A DNA stretch of 64,000 nt from an uncultured Chthonomonadaceae bacterium (GTDB lineage Bacteria > Armatimonadota > Chthonomonadetes > Chthonomonadales > Chthonomonadaceae). Below the pieces are notes generated by a model. The model made no database searches, was not told where the DNA came from, and worked only from the letters and a program-made list of their open reading frames with translations. Of this stretch, positions 1 to 13,084 are shown piece by piece; positions within the stretch are counted from its first letter, which is position 1; each line of letters starts with the position of its first letter. The position numbers and the translations under genes were made by a program. Location: the NCBI GenBank assembly GCA_963817895.1, contig CAWFQB010000014.1, forward strand, positions 1 through 64,000, read 5' to 3'.

Positions 1-1126
1 TGGACTAATCAGTTAAACATGGTACATAGCACTGGAAAGTTGTGCTGTTCCAGAAGCGAGCAAGGAAATTCTGCTGTCTTCAAGTAGGTTTCGAACTCTT
101 CAGCTAAAACGGCAAGCGTCGCACATTGATGGTTGTGTCCGACCGCTTTTCTGCGGCTTTCCAGACATGTTCCTGCGGGTTCAACTCCGGCAACCGGGTG
201 GAAACCACAGGACTTCCAAGCGCGGGTTCGCTTCCAGAACCGCGCGAACCGCTTCGCCTTTGTGCCAGGGAGCGCGATCCCATAACAGCAGAAGAGGTAA
301 GTTCGGGTAGGCGTCGAGCAACTTCTGCAAGAACAAGGCGGATACCTCGCTGTTCATCAAGGCGGAGCGCAACAGGGTTTCCTTGCCGGTTGCCATATTG
401 AGTGCTCCGTAGAAGTGCGTGTTGTCCCGACTGGCACTTACGGGCACAACCGGCGTGTGGCCTTTCTTGGCCCACACGCGCATCAAGGTGGCTTGCAGGT
501 ACGCGCTGGCTTCGTCGCCCGCGAGTAAGATCGTCTTGGGCGCGTTTAACGCCACATCGAGGATTTTTTTTCCAGGTGTTTCTCGAATTCCATGAGCTTG
601 GTCGCGTTGTGGCTCTTATATTGTTTCTCAGGACGCTGGTAGCTCATCTCGCAGGTACGCAGCAGGGTGCTAAGGAAGTCCGGCTCTGGTATACAACGTT
701 GTAGTCACGGGCTAAGAGGGTGACAAGATCGGAGACACTCCAAAACTGCCCGTCCCCCTGGCATTTCTCCTTGCCCAACAACTGAGTGGGAGTGTAGCGA
801 TGCAACTGGTTCTGCAAGGCTTCGAGTTGTTCGCCCGATAGACGCGCCCGGTTGCCGCCGCGTCGGGCATCCACGAGCGCGGTGAGGCCGTGTTCCTGAT
901 AGGCGCGTGTCCAGCAGAATAGGCGAGTACGGCTACACCCGCAGATGTCTTGGATTTCGGCAACAGAGTAGCCCAAGCCATACAGACGAACAGCTTGGTA
1001 GCGGCTTTTAGTGTTAGCATCCTTGCAATGCAGGTATGCAGCGTTCAATGCGTTGGCGTCGGCTTCATTGAGGTGAAAAGTTCGTTGGCTCATACCTCAG
1101 TGTACCATGTTTAACTGATTTGTCCA
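1..1126 (-). mobile_element. IS630-family insertion sequence, copy 1 (inserted in HNH gene)
   Basis: Terminal IRs TGGACTAATCAGTTAAACATGGTACA ... TGTACCATGTTTAACTGATTTGTCCA; near-identical to 3937-5065; encodes HTH ORF plus DDE ORF (GDEA, WDRAPWH, PELNPQEHVW). Confidence 0.93.
8..1093 (-). CDS. IS630-family transposase, two ORFs joined by probable -1 frameshift at A8 run (564-571); extra indels
   Basis: ORFs 644-1093 (HTH) and 181-555 (DDE_3-like); the same T8 run is present in both copies. Confidence 0.85.
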
Positions 1127-1379
1127 TTAGGTCGGGGAATTTGGATTTAGGGCGGTAATGTTCGATGTGCGGATAACCGCCAGGTTTGATTTTTCTCTCG
1201 CAGTAGGCGCACTTGACATGAAACATGGTATTCAGTTCGGCCTGTACCTGCGCGTGATGATATTTGTTGGTGGCATTCTCTTTTTCTGCTTTCGTAATGG
1301 CTCGACGCAACACGGCAAGCCAAACCTGTTCCTTCTGTTGCAGAATGACGGGCTTTTGTGAGCGTGTGACAGCAATCAT
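1127..1379 (-). pseudogene. HNH endonuclease (PtuB/TIGR02646-like), 5' part, interrupted by IS630 copy 1
   Basis: KCAYCE...HIEHYRPKSKFPDL followed directly by the IS end; ATGA overlap with the upstream ATPase stop. Confidence 0.85.
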
Positions 1380-2259
1380 TTTAGCGTTCTGCTCAGGAAG
1401 TCTTCTATTCGGGCATCCATCGAACCGGGCAACGGCGGGCCACCGAATGGCCGTGCCTCCTCCATGAACATCTCAAGTTGCGCGAACTCAATTTCTTCTT
1501 GGGGCTTGCGTTTCTTCGGTGCCAGATAATCGTAACGATTTATCTTCTCCTGTGTTTGCGGCGAATAAGGCGAGACAAGGCCAAATGCCTCACTTTGCAG
1601 AATTCGATCAACGCTCATAGCAGAAATATTTTCAACCGTCTTTACACGGGATTTACCGTCTGCTATGTCAAATTTTAGTGTTAGCGCGTCCTCGCCCGCG
1701 CCAACTGCAATTAGCGGGCTGTGTGTAGCGACAATAAACTGGATGTTAGGAAATTGATTGCGCAACGATTCCGCAATGTAGCGTTGCCATTTCGGATGTA
1801 GGTGAATATCTAATTCATCTAAAAGTACGACGCCTTCCTCATGCAGAGGATTAGAGCTATCCGGGAAGGTATTTAGGAGCCGCCATACGAGATCGCCACT
1901 TAAAGCAAGAACGCTCCGGTAGCCATCACTCAGAGATGTGGTGGGTACGACAGTTCCGTTGACGTTGAAGTAGATACGTCCTTCGCCGGAGATGGAATCG
2001 AACTCTACGCCTTCCGGCAACAGGCTGTTGATAGCCGCAATACCGACCTCTTTCTTTTTTTCGCTTCGTCGTCCTGTGCCTTTGAAATACGATAGTCAAG
2101 ATAAACCATCCATTCTTCAAAGGCGGTGAGGGGATCATCTTCGTTGAACTGGGTAGTGAAGTTTGTAAAGCGGGCTTGCGGTTCAAAAGTCGGGACAATA
2201 ATACGATTAGAACGGGTCAGGCGGCGGAAAGCGCCATAACCTGCGGCGAACCAGCCTTT

Positions 2260-3514
2260 GGTAGCACCGCATTAAACGGTGAAAAGTAGGGTTGCGGCGC
2301 AACAGGGTGGGTGAATGCGCAAGTGGGTTCGGCTGCTTCGTAGAGTTGGTTACCACACCAAAACTCACGGAGGTCGCCATGAACCCACAACCCCTATTCT
2401 GCCTTAATCTGGCCTGTTCGTCAAGAGGCTTGCAAAATGCAGGCAACATCATCGTTCACGACAGTCTGCGCGACCGCTTTCGCTGCAAGACCTGCGGACA
2501 CACCTTTAGCGCCAGCAAAGGAACCCTGTTCTACCGGCTGCGCACCGACCCCAAGATCGTCATCTGTGTGCTGACACTTCTCGCCTGTGGGTGTCCGCTT
2601 CCTGCCATTGTCCGCGCTTTCGGCTTTGACGAGCGAACCGTCACGAACTGGCAGCACAAAGCGGGGCAACATTGTGAAGCCGTCCACACGCATCTGGTGA
2701 CAGGACACGCGCGCGACTTGCAGCAGGTGCAAGCCGATGAGGTTCGCGTCAAGCTGCAAGCGCGTCTGGTGATCTGGATGGCGATGGCAATCTGCGTTCC
2801 CTCGCGCTTGTGGCTGGGCGGGGTTCTCTCGCCGCACCGAGACAAACGCCTGATTGTCCGTCTGGTCGCTGTGGTCAAAGCCTGTGCGCAACACGCGCCC
2901 TTGCTGCTGATGAGCGATGGCTTGAGCAGTTATGTTCCGGCCTGGTGCCACGCCTTCCGCGAGGCGGTTCGTACCGGCAAGGTAGGTCGCCCGCGTTTAC
3001 AGACGTGGCCGCATCTGGTAATCGGGCAAGTGGTCAAGCAGTACGAACGTGGGCGCGTGATTGGCGTCGCGCAACGTCTGATACACGGCACGGTGGATCA
3101 ACTGCAAGGCTTGCAGCCCGACGAACACAAACTCAACACGGCCTATATCGAACGGCTCAATGCGACCTTCCGGCAACGGCTGTGTTGCTTGACACGGCGC
3201 GGTCGGTGTTTAGTTCGCCACGAAGCCACATTGCAGGCGGGCATGTACTTGCTCGGTTGCGTGTACAACTTCTGTACGTTTCACAAGAGCCTGCGCCAGG
3301 AGCAGGGCAAAGGTTCGGGCAAGTGGCAACAGCGTACTCCGGCGATGGCCGCGGGGATCACGCAAGAGTGCTGGAGCGTGACCGATTTGTTCGCCTACCG
3401 AGTACCGCCTGCGCCGTTTGTTGCCAGAAAGCGGCGGGGCCGCCCACCGGGAAGCGGCAAGAAAACGGCGCAAACGAGCGCACAAGCATAATCACACTTA
3501 ACTGTGGGGCTACC
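2260..3514 (+). mobile_element. IS1-family-like insertion sequence
   Basis: Imperfect IRs GGTAGCACCGCATTAA / TTAACTGTGGGGCTACC; 8-bp target duplication CAGCCTTT at 2252-2259 and 3515-3522. Confidence 0.9.
2379..3491 (+). CDS. single-ORF IS1-family transposase (Zn finger, HTH, DDE)
   Basis: CLNLAC...RCKTC Zn ligands, QADE, SDG, NTAYIERLNATFR, RTPAMAAG; SD GGAGG before ATG 2379. Confidence 0.85.
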   Translation: MNPQPLFCLNLACSSRGLQNAGNIIVHDSLRDRFRCKTCGHTFSASKGTLFYRLRTDPKIVICVLTLLACGCPLPAIVRAFGFDERTVTNWQHKAGQHCEAVHTHLVTGHARDLQQVQADEVRVKLQARLVIWMAMAICVPSRLWLGGVLSPHRDKRLIVRLVAVVKACAQHAPLLLMSDGLSSYVPAWCHAFREAVRTGKVGRPRLQTWPHLVIGQVVKQYERGRVIGVAQRLIHGTVDQLQGLQPDEHKLNTAYIERLNATFRQRLCCLTRRGRCLVRHEATLQAGMYLLGCVYNFCTFHKSLRQEQGKGSGKWQQRTPAMAAGITQECWSVTDLFAYRVPPAPFVARKRRGRPPGSGKKTAQTSAQA

Positions 3515-3936
3515 CAGCCTTTACCGGTGGAAGAAAAAGCGTTTTTTCGCAGCCATGAGAGGCGTCTTTCAACGTTCTCCACGATGGCAGGTTCACTGTA
3601 TGTACGATTGCGTATATCAATTTTCTTATTGCCGGTGACAAAGAAGGAGTAACCAAATGCGCGAGTTTCCCGTTCTTCGCCGAACCTGCCAAAGTCATTG
3701 TCGCTTCTGTGGATGCGTGTTGAAATAAGCCCGACTTTGCTCTCGTCACGCAGCCATGCCACAGGACGGGGCGCAAGTTTCTGAACACTTTCCGGGCCGG
3801 CAAGAAGCAGCGCAAGGGCTTGCAGCGCAGTGCTCTTACCGACGCCGTTTTCACCAAGAAACGTTACCCAACGATAAGGTTCCTCTTTCTTAGCGAAGCG
3901 AAGCGTGTTGCCATCAAAGCATTTGATGTTGTCTAA

Positions 3937-5065
3937 TGGACTAATCAGTTAAACATGGTACATAGCACTGGAAAGTTGTGCTGTTCCAGAAGCGAGCAAG
4001 GAAATTCTGCTGTCTTCAAGTAGGTTTCGAACTCTTCAGCTAAAACGGCAAGCGTCGCACATTGATGGTTGTGTCCGACCGCTTTTCTGGCGGCTTTCCA
4101 GACATGTTCCTGCGGGTTCAACTCCGGGCAACCGGGTGGAAACCACAGGACTTCCAAGCGCGGGTTCGCTTCCAGAACCGCGCGAACCGCTTCGCCTTTG
4201 TGCCAGGGAGCGCGATCCCATAACAGCAGAAGAGGTAAGTTCGGGTAGGCGTCGAGCAACTTCTGCAAGAACAAGGCGGATACCTCGCTGTTCATCAAGG
4301 CGGAGCGCAACAGGGTTTCCTTGCCGGTTGCCATATTGAGTGCTCCGTAGAAGTGCGTGTTGTCCCGACTGGCACTTACGGGCACAACCGGCGTGTGGCC
4401 TTTCTTGGCCCACACGCGCATCAAGGTGGCTTGCAGGTACGCGCTGGCTTCGTCGCCCGCGAGTAAGATCGTCTTGGGCGCGTTTAACGCCACATCGAGG
4501 ATTTTTTTTCCAGGTGTTCCTCGAATTCCATGAGCTTGGTCGCGTTGTGGCTCTTATATTGTTTCTCAGGACGCTGGTAGCTCATCTCGCAGGTACGCAG
4601 CAGGGTGCGTCAGGACGTCCGGCTCTGGTATACAACGTTGTAGTCACGGGCTAAGAGGGTGACAAGATCGGAGACACTCCAAAACTGCCCGTCCCCCTGG
4701 CATTTCTCCTTGCCCAACAACTGAGTGGGAGTGTAGCGATGCAACTGGTTCTGCAAGGCTTCGAGTTGTTCGCCCGATAGACGCGCCCGGTTGCCGCCGC
4801 GTCGGGCATCCACGAGCGCGGTGAGGCCGTGTTCCTGATAGGCGCGTGTCCAGCAGAATAGGCGAGTACGGCTACACCCGCAGATGTCTTGGATTTCGGC
4901 AACAGAGTAGCCCAAGCCATACAGACGAACAGCTTGGTAGCGGCTTTTAGTGTTAGCATCCTTGCAATGCAGGTATGCAGCGTTCAATGCGTTGGCGTCG
5001 GCTTCATTGAGGTGAAAAGTTCGTTGGCTCATACCTCAGTGTACCATGTTTAACTGATTTGTCCA
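3937..5065 (-). mobile_element. IS630-family insertion sequence, copy 2 (inserted at codon 8 of ATPase)
   Basis: Same IRs as copy 1; flanked by TAA on both sides (3934-3936, 5066-5068). Confidence 0.93.
3945..5032 (-). CDS. IS630-family transposase (frameshifted, A8 at 4502-4509)
   Basis: ORFs 4610-5032 and 3945-4493 with HTH and DDE motifs. Confidence 0.85.
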
Positions 5066-5290
5066 TAAGCGTAATTCTTCTACCCACATCGTTACGAACC
5101 TCTTCCACTGTCCAATCAGCGCGTTGTACTGGTACAACCTATATTCTCTCAAAAGGGCGTGTAATCCTGCAATCAAAATTTCCGACGTACTGCAAAAATG
5201 GATAAGCCTATACCAGTTCTCCAACACCAATGTACTACCCGTGTGGTATACTATGGCAGTTCACGCTAATCACACTCAAGGATTGTTCCA

Positions 5291-6260
5291 ATGACCGCAA
5301 CCATGCTGAAATCCGCTCTGGAATCCGGGCTGGAAACTGAAGCGTTTGACTTGCCCACTGAAGCGCCTGCCGCTTATACCTCCGAATCGTTTGTTCATCT
5401 CAACGGCCAGCTTGTACCCAAATCTGATGCCCGCGTGTCCATTTACGATCACGGGTTTCTCTACGGCGACGGCGCGTTTGAGGGCATCCGGGTCTATCAG
5501 ACGCAATATCTTTCGGCTGGTACCGCATCTGGAGCGATTGTTCCGGTCGTGCAAGGCGCTGCATATTGATCTGGGCGTAACGCTTGGAGGAGTTGCAGGC
5601 GGCGGTTGTCAGCGTGGTACGCGCCAACAGACTGGAAGCGGGCTATATTCGCCTGAGCGTTTCGCGGGGCGTCGGGTTGGGATTGGATCCGAGCCATTTG
5701 CGCGGGGACGCGACCATCGTGATTTCCACCGAGCAGCTGCGTCTGTATCCGCAGGAGCTGTATGAGCGCGGCCTGGACGTGATTACCGCCAGCACCCGCG
5801 TTCCTCCCGCCGTGTGCATTGACCCGCAGGTAAAATCGCTGGGGCGCTATATCAACAACATCAACGCCAAAATGGAAGCGAACCGCGTGGGCGCGGGCGA
5901 AGCCCTGATGCTCAACATGCAGGGCAATGTGGCCGAGGCGACCGGCGACAACATTTTTCTGGTGAAGGATGGCGAACTGACCACGCCGCCCACAAGCGAG
6001 GGCGCGCTGCCCGGCATCACCCGGCAGGCCGTGATGGACCTGGCAAAAGATTTAGGTATTTCCTGCCGACAATCCGTTATAACCTTATATGATGTGTACA
6101 ATGCGGACGAGGCGTTTTTGACCGGCACGGCGGCGGAAGTGATCCCGATGATCACCTGCGACGGGCGAGCGATCGGCGGACGGCAAGCCGGGCAGAGATC
6201 ACGGAGCGCATCATCGCCGCTTTCCGCAAATTGGCGTTGACCGATGGAGTGCGCGTGTAA
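5291..6260 (+). CDS. ilvE: branched-chain amino acid aminotransferase (indel frameshifts)
   Basis: [48 protein letters not shown] across frames. Confidence 0.92.
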
Positions 6261-6275
6261 GAGCAGATGAGGACA

Positions 6276-6311
6276 CGAAAGACGACACTCCATGCTAGAG
6301 TGTCGTTTTCG
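6276..6311 (+). terminator. hairpin after ilvE
   Basis: ACGACACTC-N7-GAGTGTCGT followed by TTT. Confidence 0.55.
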
Positions 6312-6605
6312 CTGTCTGTCAACCCGCCAAAAGAGCGGGACGGCAGGAGTGAAACGGGGCAAGCAAGAGGAACTTTTCGGCCCCCGATTCGACTAATAGA
6401 TAGTATCTGTCAGGCATTGCAGTGTATGCGAAGTAGACATTCGTTTGAAGCGGCAACGAATGTCGTTATGAAGCAATACGCAGAAGCCGTGCATCTGGTA
6501 TGAACGTTTGCAGGACGATAAACGAGGTGATCACGTGCTCCGCCGACTATTCAGCATATGCGCTGAGATGCACGGCAGGAGACAGTCAAGGAGGGACGAA
6601 GGACC

Positions 6606-9163
<2,558 letters not shown>

Positions 9164-9172
9164 ATGCGTTTT

Positions 9173-9202
9173 AGCCGCAAGTAAACGCGAATAAACGCAA
9201 AT
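9173..9202 (+). repeat. short AGCCGCGAATGAACGCGAAT-type intergenic repeat (also 42569-42588, 62421-62450)
   Basis: Tandem ~10-mer ACGCGAATRA units at three gene ends. Confidence 0.7.
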
Positions 9203-9209
9203 TAGATGA

Positions 9210-9258
9210 AAGGGAGCCGCTAGCGCACAGGAAAATTCTGCGCGTAAGCGGCTCCTTT
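9210..9258 (+). terminator. hairpin after clpC
   Basis: GGAGCCGCT...AGCGGCTCC-TTT stem. Confidence 0.5.
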
Positions 9259-9460
9259 GCTATGCGTGATGCGGTATACATATAACGTTTATGCCGGTGG
9301 TTCCGGGTGGCGTCATGCGCCTGCCTGATAGCCCTTGAAGGTAAATTAGAAGAGGGTAGAGAACGCAGCCTGTGAAAATTAAGGAAACAATTACGCCGTT
9401 CGGTTCGTTTGGTGAATGATGTAACTACACAACCTATCACTTTTGGAGGAGAGAACTTCT

Positions 9461-9949
9461 GTGAAAACAACTGTACGACGTAAAGGGCTTGCGGGTTTGC
9501 TGACGATAGTGATGGCCTGCGGTATCATGTCGCCCTCGTTTGGTTTGCTGGACAAGACGCGATTCGCCGCCGACATGGGCCTGGCCTTTTTCGCGTTCCG
9601 CCACTGGGTGTACACGCCCTACAAGTCGGGAGCCTTCCAGACGGGAGCGCAGGGACGCACGAAATCTATGATCAAAGGCGGCGCGGCGCTGCTGTTCGCG
9701 GTCGGGCGCGTGAAGCGCGCGGATACCATTGCCCACAACAGCAAAAGCCCGCTACTGCATAAGCTGGTGGAACCGCTGGACGCCCTGCAAAACGAATACA
9801 CCACGCTCGGCCAGAAGATGAAAAACGGCCAGTTCGACCCAACAGCCGTGGAGCGCACGAACGGGCATCTGGACACTATCGGCGCAGGGGCAGGGGCAGC
9901 CGGCGCGCCCATCAAGGAAAAACCGGAATCCATTCCCGGCACAGAGTAA
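9461..9949 (+). CDS. hypothetical secreted protein
   Basis: SD GGAGGAG, GTG start, signal-peptide-like N-terminus, host-like codon use. Confidence 0.75.
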   Translation: MKTTVRRKGLAGLLTIVMACGIMSPSFGLLDKTRFAADMGLAFFAFRHWVYTPYKSGAFQTGAQGRTKSMIKGGAALLFAVGRVKRADTIAHNSKSPLLHKLVEPLDALQNEYTTLGQKMKNGQFDPTAVERTNGHLDTIGAGAGAAGAPIKEKPESIPGTE

Positions 9950-9975
9950 GCCTGAAATTAAGCAAGTCGCTGAAT

Positions 9976-10001
9976 TTAGCCGGGGTGTACGCCCCGGCTA
10001 A
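9976..10001 (+). terminator. hairpin
   Basis: TTAGCCGGGG-N6-CCCCGGCTAA perfect stem. Confidence 0.55.
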
Positions 10002-10035
10002 GTTTGCATGTATGCGCGTTTAATGGGGCAGTTCA

Positions 10036-10629
10036 ATGGGAACTGAAAAATGGTATGTCGCGTTGCCGGAGGATAGCAGTCTGCTTACGCGGGCTGAAGT
10101 TGATGCTGACTTCGGAGAGTATCTCGGATTCCCATCTATCTTTGAAAAAGGCGGCACAGGTTGGAAAACTTGGGATGATGCAGGCAAAGAGTTTTGCAGC
10201 GCCGTCCGCGCCATTAATGAGGAGCATCCGGGGATAAATCGGCGCGTGTACACGCTCGGCCGCTATTACGATATGTTACACTACCTGCTTTCCGAAGAGC
10301 GAAGGCGTGGCGAGTTTGATAAAGCAGATTGGGCAACACAAGCCATTCTCGGCGCAAAAGCGTTATCGGGTCATTTAATAGGAGGCCAAGGGCATCTTAT
10401 TCGCTATTCACCGCGCGAGACAGTGATGGAAATAGCTTTCTGGCTGGAATTTGTGTCGGTAGATGAATTGCGCCAAGACTATGATCCGGCGGCAATGAAA
10501 GAACAGGGCGTTTATAAATACATCTCAGATGATCAATGGCAGTTCATCTGTACCAGCTTTGATGAATGGAAAGCCTTCTATCTGGAAGTGGCAAAATATG
10601 AGGAAGGCGTTTTGGTGATTACAACATGA
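10036..10629 (+). CDS. YfbM/DUF1877 family protein
   Basis: LHYLL...AILG...RY...YDPAAM...GVY...FY...A...GVLV pattern. Confidence 0.7.
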   Translation: MGTEKWYVALPEDSSLLTRAEVDADFGEYLGFPSIFEKGGTGWKTWDDAGKEFCSAVRAINEEHPGINRRVYTLGRYYDMLHYLLSEERRRGEFDKADWATQAILGAKALSGHLIGGQGHLIRYSPRETVMEIAFWLEFVSVDELRQDYDPAAMKEQGVYKYISDDQWQFICTSFDEWKAFYLEVAKYEEGVLVITT

Positions 10630-10743
10630 ATCCTGATAGCGAGTTGAACAATCCAATATGCGCTTCAAATGCGTGAAGATTTCAGCGTATAATAAAGAGG
10701 AGCGCGAACCTTTCGCTCTCCTCTTGTTCATGGAGATAAGTAG

Positions 10744-11031
10744 ATGGTTACAATAACACTGACGCCTGAACTGGAACAGGTCGTGACGGAACGCGCACAA
10801 AAGCAGGGAACTACGCCTGAACTGCTGACTTTGGATAAGCTGAACGAACAATTTTTACCTGCTACTCCTTCTGCATCTTCTGACGAAGGTACGTTGGCAG
10901 ACTATCTTGGGGAGTTCATTGGCTGTCTGGATAGTGGCGAACTAGTTCCGGGCGGCGCGCGCATGTCAGAGAATATCGGTGATGAATTTGCAGAAGGAAT
11001 GGCGCAAAAGCGGCGTGAGGGACGGCTGTGA
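10744..11031 (+). CDS. putative antitoxin of type II TA pair
   Basis: Small acidic protein (TITLTPELEQ) with GTGA overlap into a PIN gene; TATAAT at 10688. Confidence 0.7.
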   Translation: MVTITLTPELEQVVTERAQKQGTTPELLTLDKLNEQFLPATPSASSDEGTLADYLGEFIGCLDSGELVPGGARMSENIGDEFAEGMAQKRREGRL

Positions 11032-11434
11032 CGCCAACAGATACCGGTGCGCTTGTAGCGTTGCTGGACAAACGTGATCCATATCATACCGCTTGTCTGT
11101 CAGCATCACAACGCCTGCCGGTCCTCTGTTGACCACATGGCCTTGCTTTACCGAAGCGGCTTATATGCTCGGCAAAGTAGGAGGTTATACTTATCAGGAA
11201 CGGCTATGGGCGTTGCGCCGAAGTGGTAAGCTGCAAGTGCTGGATATTACGCCAATAGAAGCGGATCGAATGGATGCGCTGATGAAGCAGTACCAGAACG
11301 TTCCTATGGATTTGGCGGATGCTTCGCTCGTGGCGGTTGCCGAAATCCGAGGATTTCAGCGCATTTTCACCATTGATAGTGACTTCTACATCTACCGACT
11401 GGCAAACGGCTCGATGCTGCAAGTTGTGCCTTGA
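11028..11434 (+). CDS. PIN-domain (VapC-like) toxin, one frameshift near 11100
   Basis: DTGALVALLDKRDPYH, TTWPCFTEA, MDLADASLV, FTIDSDFYIYR. Confidence 0.85.
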
Positions 11435-12986
11435 AGTTGTTTGGCTTCGTTCCAGTAGGTGTCCATTTCTTCCAGTGACATGTCGTTCAGAGTACGGTTC
11501 TGTTCCGTTGCGCGTTGTTCGATGTGGCGGAAACGGGTTGAGAAGCGTTTTAGCATCTGGCGCAGGGCGTCTTCGGGGTCCAGTTTTTGCCAGCGGGCTA
11601 CTTGTACGAGCGTGAACAACAGATCGCCGAGTTCTGAGGCTACTTTTGTTTTATCCAGGTTCGGGGCAGTTCAGTTCGGCTTTTAGTTCCTCGGTTTCTT
11701 CGTCCCACTTTTGCAGCACGTCCTCAAATGCTGTTCCACTCAAAGCCCACTTTTACGACGCGCTTGCTGATCTCCATAGCCTGCATCAGGGCAGGAAGGG
11801 CGGAGGGTACGCCATCCAGCAGGGACTTGCGATAGTCCGGGGCATCGGGGGATTTTTCCGACTTCTTGATAGTTTCCCAGTTGCGCAGCACTTCGTCACT
11901 GTCGGCTACCTGCATTTCGCCGAATACATGGGGGTGACGGCGGACGAGTTTCTCCACAATCGCCGCGCTGACATCATCTATGCTGAATACGCCCTCCTCA
12001 TGCGCGAGTTGGGCATGAAATACGACCTGCAAAAGCGCATCGCCCAATTCCTCGACAAATCCCTCCGGCGAACCTCCCGCGTTGTAGGCGTCAATGGCAT
12101 CCAGAACCTCGTATGTTTCTTCCACAAAATATTTTTTCAGTGTGGCGTGGGTCTGTTCCCGATCCCACGGGCAGCCGTCCGGCGCGCGCAGTCGGGCCAT
12201 GACGCCGACCAATTCCGTAAATCCGGCGCGGCGGCGATGTGCGGGCAGGGGCGGAATGTACACGGCGGTAAGATGGTTGACAGGTTCGCGGTCCAATTGG
12301 AAAAGGGGGACAGTACGCGCTTGTTGCCGCCCGGCAACGCCCGCTTCCTGAACAACCGTTATTTCCCAATCATCCGGGTAATCGCGCATCAGGGCAAGTT
12401 TTGCGTGGGACGCGGAGGCCGTGTCATACACTTGAAACAGCAGCAATCCGCGCGTGACATCCAGCCGCGCGCCTGTGCGATAGCCGTTGGCATCTATGCT
12501 GTCAAATGTTTGCAGCATCAGCGCGTCGCGTATATCGCAGCCTTCATCGAGGGACACGCCGAGCGCGGTGAAAACGGCTTCCACAAAACTGCCGGATGTA
12601 ATGATTCGGGTTGGGATGTTTGCGGCCTTCGCGTGTTCTAGAATCAGTTTCGCCGCCTGTTCACCGAAAAGAGGATGACCGGGAACGGCATACGCCACTT
12701 CAAACGGCTGTCCATCAGCAGTTCGGCGTTGCGCCGCGTCGAGAACGGTTTGGGCGATCTGGGTATATACGGCCGCGAAGTCCGAAGCGGTTTCGTACAA
12801 GCCGTCAAAGGTATCGAATGTGACGCCCTCCGCCATAAGCCATGCCACTACAGGATGGATGCTCGTGCGCAATAGCAGGGTTCCCGCGCCTGCCTTATGA
12901 TTGGCAGACGCCTGCCGCAAAGCGCTTTCCGCGCCTCGTGAAAGACTGTCACTATCACCCGCGCCAAGTCCAATCAGAGTTATCAA
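11392..12986 (-). CDS. mazG: tetrapyrrole methylase-like / MazG nucleoside triphosphate pyrophosphohydrolase (YabN type), frameshift near 11720
   Basis: ITLIGLGAG, YAVPGHP, GCPWDREQTH, EELGD, EKLVRRHPHVF, LEEMDTYWNEAK. Confidence 0.9.
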
Positions 12987-13084
12987 TGGTATGTCCTCAA
13001 TGGTATCGCAGTTAGAACGCAAGAAACGCCTTTGCCGGCTGCGCGTGGGCGGAGTCGGCAAAGGCGTTCAGACTGGAGCAGAGA

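Larger units (their letters stand above)
1376..5089 (-). pseudogene. AAA/ABC-type ATPase (PtuA-like), split into three pieces by IS1-family and IS630 insertions
   Basis: Removing both IS gives MWVEELRLDNIKCF...GENGVGKS (Walker A)...KGWFAAGYGAFRRL...LSDGYRS...VLLDELDIHLHPKWQ...IVATHSP; one residual A-run indel near 2055. Confidence 0.9.

Noticed and set aside
5090..5290. Retron ncRNA/RT upstream of the PtuAB-like pair
   Set aside because: Only 200 bp of divergent promoter region; no RT gene or msr-msd a1/a2 repeats seen
6281..6306. CIRCE operator before clpC
   Set aside because: CACTC-N7-GAGTG lacks the TTAG/CTAA arms and the 9-nt spacer; fits an ilvE terminator
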